Source: Ascoidea asiatica JCM 7603
Taxonomy: Eukaryota; Fungi; Ascomycota
Length of the DNA: 64,000 bases
Direction: 5' to 3'
Assembly: GCA_001600695.1 (NCBI GenBank)
Contig: BCKQ01000014.1
Coordinates: forward strand, 46,611 to 110,610
Each line of letters begins with the position of its first letter. Position 1 is the stretch's first letter. The notes beneath the pieces are model-generated. The model did no database searches and had not been told where the DNA came from. It saw nothing but the letters and a program-made list of their open reading frames with translations. The position numbers were made by a program, and so were the translations under genes. Shown in pieces: positions 55,826 through 64,000 of this stretch.

Positions 55826-57334
55826 ATGTCCATATATAATATCAATGAAAGTATGAGTAATAATCGCACCAATGATATTGAGTTTGATTTATTGGAAGGG
55901 ATAAAAGTAATCCCAGTGACTGAAGGGAGTACTTTTCATGAAATAAATAATGATCCTGTTGAAGATAAAGAAGGTAAAGATTCTAATGAAAGAGTTTCAT
56001 TGATGGCAGGTTTAGATGGGGATTCAATACAATTTCCAGAAGGTGGTTTGAGAGCATATTTAGTATTATTTGGATCATTTCTTGGATTATTTACATCATT
56101 TGGATTATTCAATGCATCTGGTGCAATTCAATCATATGTTCAACTTCATCAATTAAAAGATTATTCAGTTTCATCTGTTTCATGGATTTTTTCGATTTAT
56201 TGTTTTATTTCCTTTGCAGCAAGTGTTTTTAGTGGATATTTATTTGATTCAAAAGGTTCAAATTTTCCAATGATTATTGGAGCTACATTTTCAACTTTAT
56301 CATATTTTTTATTAGGTGAATGTAAAAAATATTATCAATTTCTATTATGTTTTGGAATTTTAAATGGAATTGGTACAAGTTTTTCATTTAATGCATCAAT
56401 AGGAGTTGTATCACATTGGTTTTCAAAAAGAAGAGGTATTGCAATTGGTATTGCAACAATGGGAGCATCTATTGGAGGTGGTATTTTTCCATTAATTTTA
56501 AGTGATTTATATCCTAGAATTGGATTTAAATGGTCAATGAGAATAATTGGTTTCATTGTTTTAGGATGTCAATTTTTATCAACAATTTTAATAAAAGATA
56601 GAATTAAACGAAAAAAAATTACAGAAATTTTAATCAATGAAGAAAATAATAATGAAATTAATAATGAAAAAAATAATAAAGTTAAAAGAAAAGTATTAAA
56701 CTTTTTAAAAAATATTTTTATAGATAGTTTCAATTTTGAAAGTTTTAAAGAAATTAGATATGTTTCATTTGTATTTGCCTTATTATTTGTTGAATTATAT
56801 ATATTTCTAGTATTATCATATTTATCATCATATGCAATAGCAAAAGGATTTAGTGATTATGAAGGATTAATGTTATTAACAATAACAAATCTTTGTGGAG
56901 TACCAGGTAGAATTATACCAGGATATTTAGCAGATAAATATGGTAGATTTAATATAATTTGTTTAGTTACAATATTATCATCATTAACAATATTTATAAT
57001 ATGGTTACCATTTGGTAAAAATTTAAATGCACTTTATACATTTTCAGGAATTTGGGGATTTACATCATCATCAATAATTGGATTAATACCAGCATGTTGT
57101 GGACAAATTAGTAAAACTGAAGATTTTGGTAAAAGATATGGTACAGGATATTTTATTGCAAGTTTTGGATCATTAATTGGATTACCAATTGGAGGAGCAA
57201 TAATTGGTAATTCAACAAATTCTAATGGATTTTCGAATTTTGTTATATTTACTGGAATTATAAGTATTTTAAGTTTTATTTGTTTATGTATATCAAGATA
57301 TTGTTGTGCAGGAATAAAGATTTGTAAAGTTTAG
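55826..57334 (+). CDS. MFS monocarboxylate-porter-family transporter (Mch4/Mch5-like)
   Basis: FPEGGLRAYLVLFGSF, SHWFSKRRGIAIG, GRIIPGYLADKYGRFN, CCGQISKTEDFGKRYGT. First ATG at 55826. Confidence 0.92.
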   Translation: MSIYNINESMSNNRTNDIEFDLLEGIKVIPVTEGSTFHEINNDPVEDKEGKDSNERVSLMAGLDGDSIQFPEGGLRAYLVLFGSFLGLFTSFGLFNASGAIQSYVQLHQLKDYSVSSVSWIFSIYCFISFAASVFSGYLFDSKGSNFPMIIGATFSTLSYFLLGECKKYYQFLLCFGILNGIGTSFSFNASIGVVSHWFSKRRGIAIGIATMGASIGGGIFPLILSDLYPRIGFKWSMRIIGFIVLGCQFLSTILIKDRIKRKKITEILINEENNNEINNEKNNKVKRKVLNFLKNIFIDSFNFESFKEIRYVSFVFALLFVELYIFLVLSYLSSYAIAKGFSDYEGLMLLTITNLCGVPGRIIPGYLADKYGRFNIICLVTILSSLTIFIIWLPFGKNLNALYTFSGIWGFTSSSIIGLIPACCGQISKTEDFGKRYGTGYFIASFGSLIGLPIGGAIIGNSTNSNGFSNFVIFTGIISILSFICLCISRYCCAGIKICKV

Positions 57335-57349
57335 AAATTATCATTTCAA

Positions 57350-58573
57350 TTACTTTTTCAACATATTTTCTGAGATATTTTCTATAGATTTATTATTGTT
57401 ATTGTTATTATTAATAGTAGTAGTAGTAGTATTAGTATTATCTTTAGGTTTATTAATGATTGAATCATTAGTTATTTGATTATTTATAATATTTTGAATA
57501 GATTTTGGTATTAAAGAGATATAATTTCTAGGTACATAACCAATTTTACCATCTCTTGATCTACATTTATACCAAGATTTTTTTTGTTTTTCTTCGATAT
57601 CATTATTATCTTTTTCATCTTTTTCATTTTTATCATAATCTAAAATTGCTAATAAATCATTTTTTTTAAAAGGTAAATCAATATTTGAATTTTCTGGATT
57701 ATAATCATATAAAGCTTTACAAAATTGAATATTATTTGGATCAAATTTTATTGATTGACTATTAACATTATTATTATTATTATTATGTGAAGATAATAAA
57801 GAAGATTTAGTCATTTTTTTTGATAATTTTGAAATTAATTTTGTTAAAAGGTAAGGTAAAGCAAAAGAAACTAAGATGAAAAAAATTAAGGGTTTCAAAG
57901 AAATTTTTTTACTTTTAATTTTATTTTTATTTAAGACAGAATTTGAATTATTATTTGATAAAAATTGATTAAATTCATTAATTGATAAAGATTTTTTAGA
58001 TGATTTTTTTGATTTGAATAATTTTGATTTAATAAAATTTAAAGAGAAAAAAGATAAGAAATTATTAAATAAATTTTTAAATTGATTAAATAATTGTATA
58101 AAAGAATTATAATTTGAATATGTTGAAAGATAAGTTGATTGTAATAATTGAGAAAAAATTGTGAAAGAAGTTATAATTGATTGAAAAGAACCAAAAATTA
58201 TTTGAGAATTTTGTAAGAAATTATTCATTTCATCATTATTCATTTGATTTTGATTTTGATTTTGATTTTGATTTTGATTTAAATTTTGATTATTATAATT
58301 CATATTTCCATAGTTACTCATACCATAATTATTATTCATTCCATAACCACCACTACTACCATAACCGCCATAACCACCATATGAACCATATGAATTCATA
58401 CCTGAATAAGTATTATTGATATTGGAAGTATTAGATAGGTTATTGATATTATTATTTGATGTATCAAAGTTTCTTTCAGGTAAAGGAGGTGGTATATTTG
58501 ATGTATTTGATGTATTTGAAGAAGTATTTTGATCAGGGGTTATTGAATCTGAATTATTTTGAGTTACAGTCAT
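57350..58573 (-). CDS. PEX13: peroxin Pex13
   Basis: PPPLPER, YG-rich region, FSQLLQSTYLSTYSNY, KPLIFF..FALPYLL TM segment, SH3 FCKALYDY...WYKCRSRDGKIGYVPRNYI. Confidence 0.93.
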   Translation of the reverse strand: MTVTQNNSDSITPDQNTSSNTSNTSNIPPPLPERNFDTSNNNINNLSNTSNINNTYSGMNSYGSYGGYGGYGSSGGYGMNNNYGMSNYGNMNYNNQNLNQNQNQNQNQNQMNNDEMNNFLQNSQIIFGSFQSIITSFTIFSQLLQSTYLSTYSNYNSFIQLFNQFKNLFNNFLSFFSLNFIKSKLFKSKKSSKKSLSINEFNQFLSNNNSNSVLNKNKIKSKKISLKPLIFFILVSFALPYLLTKLISKLSKKMTKSSLLSSHNNNNNNVNSQSIKFDPNNIQFCKALYDYNPENSNIDLPFKKNDLLAILDYDKNEKDEKDNNDIEEKQKKSWYKCRSRDGKIGYVPRNYISLIPKSIQNIINNQITNDSIINKPKDNTNTTTTTINNNNNNNKSIENISENMLKK

Positions 58574-59164
58574 TTAAAAAACTCTTAATTTTGATTATGA
58601 GAATATAATTTAAGAAAATGATTATTGAAAGTTATACGTTTTTCAAATAAGATTTTGATATGGAAGTGAATAGGAATATAGATGGATAAATAGTAGAATA
58701 TGTTTTGAAGAGAAGAGAAGAGTGTGATATAATTGATTTGATTAAATATCAAAGGATGTATTTATCAAATTGGATATATATTTTATCCAAATCACTTAAA
58801 AGCAGGCTAAATCAGCTTAAATCACTGGAGAAGTGAACGAGTGTTTGTTTTACCAGATGCGAACAAGAAATGCTACCCTCACCGCCACAAAAGCCATTGT
58901 CGCCACCGCTGGAGCTTCTCCGCTTTCAGAAACTGAAACCACCACAAAAGTACTGCAAAAGTACCGCAAAAACACCGCAAAAGTAACAATAGCACCCCAT
59001 GATTATTTTAAATTGCAAAAAGTGAAAGGAACGCACTTTGACACGCAACAAATGCACGTGGGCTATAATTTTATATCCGCATCCGGGCTTTTTATCTGTC
59101 ATTTCCTTGTACGGATACCTCTTCAGGGCCGGAAGAAGCCCAGATTCTCCAGGCTGCAACTAGT

Positions 59165-59238
59165 TCTACTGCTGTTGCTGTTGCTGTTGTTGTTGTTGTT
59201 GGTGTTGCTGCTTCTGCTTCTGCTTCTGCTTCTGCTGT
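59165..59238. repeat. (CTGTTG)/(GTT)/(CTTCTG) compound microsatellite in PEX13-VMA9 divergent promoter
   Basis: Direct reading. Confidence 0.75.
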
Positions 59239-59363
59239 GTGATCTTTCTTATTTGTATATAACAAGCCAACTGCCACTGCTTCCTTGCCTTTGCTGTCCA
59301 TAGAGTCAATTCCATCGTCTTTCTCAGTATCTCTTTATCTCGTTATCTCGTTATCTATTCACA

Positions 59364-59899
59364 ATGGGAGGGTATGTTTATCTTCTATTACTTTTGAAAT
59401 ATATATTTCAATATTATTACTAACTTATTCAATTATTCAATTATTCAATTATTTATATATCATCAGTTGGACTGTTATTATTGGTTTTATACTTGTTGTT
59501 GTTTTATCTATTTTATCTTGGATATTTGCTCCAAAACAAGATCAAACGTATGTTTACTTAATTTTCAAATATATAAATTTAATTTTCATTTTCATCTTCA
59601 ATTTACAATCTCAATTTCAAATTTACTAATATTTCTAAATCATTTAAAAAAGTGTCTGGAGAAGTTCTATAATATTATGCTTATCAATGTGTTATTTAAT
59701 GTGGGCAATAACTTATCTTTGTAAGTATTATTTTTTTCATTTGATATCAATTTAATCTGCTATATTTACTAACTAACTAACTAACTAACTAACTAAATAA
59801 TTCAACTTTTTATCTCTTGTTTAATCATAATTTATAGGTCAATTACACCCTTTAGTAGCTCCAAGACGTTCAGATTTAAGACCAGAATATGCTGAATAA
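59364..59899 (+). CDS. VMA9: V-ATPase V0 subunit e, 4 exons: 59364-59371, 59467-59547, 59653-59720, 59838-59899 (missed by ORF track)
   Basis: Spliced 72-aa product MGGWTVIIGFILVVVLSILSWIFAPKQDQTVWRSSIILCLSMCYLMWAITYLCQLHPLVAPRRSDLRPEYAE; introns GTATGT..CAG, GTATGT..TACTAAT..AAG, GTAAGT..TACTAAC..TAG. Confidence 0.95.
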
Positions 59900-60298
59900 T
59901 CTAATTTAATTCAAATTAACTAACTTATTATATTGTGTTTCTTAATTCCTAATTCAATTCTTAATATACATAAAAATATATACTTATAAATACAAATAAA
60001 TATAATATATAATAATTCATATATTCCTTGTAAAATTGAACCATTTCAATACTATATTTATCGTTTAATTATTAATTTGATCACGAGATTCACCTCTGAG
60101 TTTTGAAATAATTACTCATATCACTTATCCATCGGTATTAATCTACAATAACTTCAGCGCTTAAATTAATTAAATTAATCATTATTTAATGTTATTTCAA
60201 TTTCAAAACATAGATATATCAACAAATAAATTGAAATATATAGTTTAAAATTAAATTGTAATCTAATGAATTATAAATGAAATTTAAATGAAATATAA

Positions 60299-63200
60299 AT
60301 GGAATCTAAATCCTATAAACCAAATTCTTATCTTTTAGGTTTATTCCTAATAATTTCAACAGATCAAAAAAGTAATTTAATTTTTCATTATCCTCCAATT
60401 CCAAGAATTTATGGTAATGAAAAAATAATAAAATTAAAAATTGAAAAAGATGATATTTTAGATTCTGATTCAAATAATGATTCAAATAATGATTCAAATA
60501 ATGAAGATGATGATGAAGATGATGATTATGATGATGATGACGACGAGTATGAAAATAATGTCAAAGATTATAATCAAGATCATCAATATGATAATAATGA
60601 TGATAATAATAACGAAGGATATAATGATAATCAAATAAATTTAAGTAATAATGATTCAAATTCAATTTTAAATAACATTATTGATTCAAATGATGAATTA
60701 AATAATATAAATGATGATGAATTAATTTCAATTTTAAATTCAAATTCAAATTCAAATTCTAACTCAGATTATGATTATGATTATAACTCAGATTATAATT
60801 CTGATTACAATTCTGATGATAATTCTGATAATTCAATTAATTTAAATCATAATCATAATCATAACCATAATCACATTCAAAATAATCACAATAATCATAA
60901 AAGTCGAAATCGAAATCATACAAAAATTCATAATAATAATCACAAAATTAATCAAACTAATATCAACCTCAATCATAATAACAATAATAATAATCAAATA
61001 AAATCAAATTTAAAAGATCTGAGAGTTTTAAATTATTCTTCTTCTTCTTCAAATATAATTTCAAAAGATGATAAATATTTATTTAATAAAACTAAATCAA
61101 GAAAAAAAGCTTTAAATAAAAAAAAATTAAATCAAAATAATCAAAATAATCAAAATAATCAAATTAATCAAAATATGCCTACTAATTTTAAATTAAATAA
61201 AAATATTAATCAAAAATTTAAAAATAATAAAAATTTAAATTCAAACTTAAATACAAATTTCAATTCAAATTTCAATTCAAATCTCAATTCAAACTTATCT
61301 TCAAAAAGAAATTCTCCAAATTTTTTACCATTTTCAAATCAAAATCAAAATCAAAATATTATTTCTCCACCAAGTCTTTTAAATTTATCAAAAGCAAATT
61401 CAAATTCTCCTTTACATAATTTGAAACTGCCTTTAACACAAAATTCAAATAATTTTTCAAATCAAAATTCAAATAATTTTTCAAATCAAAATTTAAATAA
61501 TTTATCAAATCAATTTAAATCTTCATTAATTTTAAATAAAAAAAAAATTTCAAATGTCAAAAAATCTAAAAAAAAAAATAGTTTAAATGTTTTAAATAAG
61601 GAAATTGAAAAAATCTTTAAAATGGATTTACCTTCATTAATTGAAATTATAACTCCATCAATAAATCTTTGCAATAAATTTTTTGAAATTTCTATAGAAA
61701 ATATTACTTTTTTATCACATCCAAAAACAATTAATGAAAATAAAAATTGGATTCCAATGAACATCTTGAAAAAAAAAAAAATTGAAAAAAAAAATTCATT
61801 AAACTTTAATAAATCAAAATTCAATTCAATCAATAATATTAATAATAAGAAAGATTATAGAAATTTTAATAACAATAATAATTATTCTGATACAGAAAGT
61901 GACTCTGATATTACTTCAAAACCAGAAGTTTTGAAATTAGATTTTATAAAAAATGAAAACTGTCCCTTAATAGGTTTTAATTTGGTATTTGTAATGGCTC
62001 CACCAATAATAAGTCATAATCAAGTTTTATTAGATATGTATAATAATATTGTAACAAAATTTGTTTTAATTTTATCTAAAGAACAAGAAAAAGATAATTA
62101 TGTTTGGAATGAATCTCAGATAATTAATGAAATTAGAAATAAATATATTAATTCCCAATTTAAGAAAAATAAAAATAATTCAAAAAAAAATTATTCAAAC
62201 AATTTCAACAATGATAAATTTAGTATAAAAACATCAGATTCTTGGCGGGATAATAAAGAATTTACAATAAAAAATTTTTATCAAGAAGTTATGGAAAAAT
62301 CAATGTTGGCAAGAGCAATACGTGATTGTTATGAACAAATTTCAAAATCAGAAATTTGTGAATTAAAATTAAGAGAAAATAAAAACTCATATTCTTTACA
62401 GATTCCAATAATTACAAGTTATAAACATTTACCAGAAGAAACAGAAATTATTATTCCAGAATCATTCTTATCATCAATTAATGTTAATTCATTATTAATA
62501 TCTAAAAAAGTTGTAAATAAGTCAAAATTAGTCAGAGAAAATAAAATCAAAGAAGAAATAAATAATAATAATAATGAACTATTATCAAATAATCATGATA
62601 TAAAATCAGTAAGTCTGACAAATTATACACGTGATAGTAAAAGAAAAATGAACGTAAAAAATTTAAATGAAAATGATATTGATAATAATAATAATAATTT
62701 AAATGAAGACGAAGAAGATTCAAATTTTGAGAAAGTTAATTTATTAAAAAATTGTCAATTAAGATATTTTGCGTTACTTTTATTAGATAGTAGAGAAAAT
62801 ATTATTAAGGAATTAAAATATCATTCAGATTTTATTCAAAATATAAGACCAACAAAAAATTTATTAAAAATTGCATCAGATAATAACTTTTTAATTGAAC
62901 AATGTGAAGAAATTGCGTATCATTTAATATTTTGGAGAAAAGCTAGAATAATTTTACCAATTCATAAAAATAATAATTTTTTAATATCACCAATAAGTCC
63001 AATAAATTATATTAATAAAAAATATAATGAATTATTTAGAAATGAATTTCCATTATTTTCAAATTTAGGAGATTTTTTAACAAATTTTAATGAACCAATA
63101 TCATGTTCAAAATTATCAAATAAATATTCGGGTAGAAAAGAGATTTATGTTAATATATTAAAATGGTTAATGCAAAGAGGTATAATTATGCAATTATTAA

Positions 63201-63850
63201 CCTATGCACAAATTAAAATTACTCCAAGAATTAAAACATTAGTCGAAGAAGAAGAAGAAGTTCATAATAGAAGAAAAAGTAATCAAAGTAATTCAAGTAT
63301 TAATAATAAAAAATTAAATAATGATAATTCAAATAATAATAGTACAATTATTCATAGAAGAAATAAGCTGATGTTAAATAGTAATGAAACAAATACTAAT
63401 TCAAGTAATATTAACAATAATTTAAATTTTAAACCAATGAAAAAACAAAGGTCCATGTCAGCAATTAGCAGAAGTGGATTTAATCTGAATTGGGGTGGAA
63501 ATATGTCAGCAATTGAAGAAGATCCATTTAATTCTTCAAGTACATCAGTTAATGAATTAGATAATTATGAGCATTATTATAAAAGATTTGAAGATGAACA
63601 TCCTTCAATAATCTCAGAACCTGATAAACCAACATTATTAGAAAAAAAATGGATACGAAAATTAATTGAAATTAAATTTAAAAAAATGGACTATGTAAAT
63701 CAAAAATTAATATTTGGAAAGATTTTAAAATATCTTAATGGAGTTAATCCTTTAGAATTAATCTCAATTCGAGAAGGAATTCGAAAAAAAGAACTTAATA
63801 AACTTATGGAAATCTTAGGAGAAAATATAGTCATAACTAAACATTGGTAG
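60299..63850 (+). CDS. NPR3: SEACIT/GATOR1 subunit Npr3
   Basis: N-terminal LLGLFLIIST...IFHYPP, FEISIENITFLSHP, FNLVFVM, EQEKDNYVWNE, HLIFWRKARIILPI, C-terminal ISIREGI...LGENIVITKHW; large Asn-rich insertions. Confidence 0.92.
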   Translation: MESKSYKPNSYLLGLFLIISTDQKSNLIFHYPPIPRIYGNEKIIKLKIEKDDILDSDSNNDSNNDSNNEDDDEDDDYDDDDDEYENNVKDYNQDHQYDNNDDNNNEGYNDNQINLSNNDSNSILNNIIDSNDELNNINDDELISILNSNSNSNSNSDYDYDYNSDYNSDYNSDDNSDNSINLNHNHNHNHNHIQNNHNNHKSRNRNHTKIHNNNHKINQTNINLNHNNNNNNQIKSNLKDLRVLNYSSSSSNIISKDDKYLFNKTKSRKKALNKKKLNQNNQNNQNNQINQNMPTNFKLNKNINQKFKNNKNLNSNLNTNFNSNFNSNLNSNLSSKRNSPNFLPFSNQNQNQNIISPPSLLNLSKANSNSPLHNLKLPLTQNSNNFSNQNSNNFSNQNLNNLSNQFKSSLILNKKKISNVKKSKKKNSLNVLNKEIEKIFKMDLPSLIEIITPSINLCNKFFEISIENITFLSHPKTINENKNWIPMNILKKKKIEKKNSLNFNKSKFNSINNINNKKDYRNFNNNNNYSDTESDSDITSKPEVLKLDFIKNENCPLIGFNLVFVMAPPIISHNQVLLDMYNNIVTKFVLILSKEQEKDNYVWNESQIINEIRNKYINSQFKKNKNNSKKNYSNNFNNDKFSIKTSDSWRDNKEFTIKNFYQEVMEKSMLARAIRDCYEQISKSEICELKLRENKNSYSLQIPIITSYKHLPEETEIIIPESFLSSINVNSLLISKKVVNKSKLVRENKIKEEINNNNNELLSNNHDIKSVSLTNYTRDSKRKMNVKNLNENDIDNNNNNLNEDEEDSNFEKVNLLKNCQLRYFALLLLDSRENIIKELKYHSDFIQNIRPTKNLLKIASDNNFLIEQCEEIAYHLIFWRKARIILPIHKNNNFLISPISPINYINKKYNELFRNEFPLFSNLGDFLTNFNEPISCSKLSNKYSGRKEIYVNILKWLMQRGIIMQLLTYAQIKITPRIKTLVEEEEEVHNRRKSNQSNSSINNKKLNNDNSNNNSTIIHRRNKLMLNSNETNTNSSNINNNLNFKPMKKQRSMSAISRSGFNLNWGGNMSAIEEDPFNSSSTSVNELDNYEHYYKRFEDEHPSIISEPDKPTLLEKKWIRKLIEIKFKKMDYVNQKLIFGKILKYLNGVNPLELISIREGIRKKELNKLMEILGENIVITKHW

Positions 63851-64000
63851 ATTAATCTAATGAACATTCACTGAACATTGAACTTCTCTTAAACTTAAAT
63901 CTTTCTATTTTTGTAATTAAAGGGACTAAAAATGAATAAAAAAAAACTAAAAATCAAAAAAATTGAAGCTTTCGAAATAGAGTTTGACCAAACGCGTTCT

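Noticed and set aside
58833-59724. ORFs 58833..59303, 59092..59301, 59285..59629, 59467..59724
   Set aside because: Microsatellite-derived or unspliced fragments of VMA9.
1-64000. CRISPR array, rRNA, point centromere or telomeric repeats
   Set aside because: Eukaryotic sequence. No repeat-spacer array, rRNA, CDEI-II-III arrangement or telomeric tandem array was seen; an epigenetic regional centromere in the gene-poor block cannot be judged from sequence.

Overview
Very AT-rich (Asn/Lys-rich proteins, GTATGT/TACTAAC/YAG introns) chromosome segment of a budding yeast (Saccharomycotina outside Saccharomycetaceae; the style recalls Ascoidea-type genomes but the species cannot be established from this window). 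From left to right: the 5' two-thirds of a dead Ty3/gypsy element (one gag-pol frame, five nonsense codons); xylitol dehydrogenase; a KH-domain protein; LAS1; and a non-coding host transcript carrying snR190 and U14 in separate introns. Next is a gene-poor accessory block (about 14.8-25.7 kb) with an orphan Cys/His zinc-ribbon protein, two convergent related secreted-type Cys-rich precursors, several orphan introns and two strong inverted repeats. After it come CDC43, a divergent Skp1, SHE3, TYW4/PPM2-JmjC, RPS19 (intron), TRM11, a Rab18-like GTPase, intron-containing tRNA-Lys(CTT), a catalytically dead RNase III/Dicer-like protein, a secreted GH43 arabinanase beside a maltase-permease-Zn2Cys6 cluster, an MCH-type MFS transporter, PEX13, 4-exon VMA9 and NPR3. 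The best candidates for something undescribed are the pair of Cys-rich precursors with their surrounding spliced non-coding signals, and the Lys-substituted RNase III pseudo-enzyme. Family assignments come from recognising motifs by eye; no database search was run.
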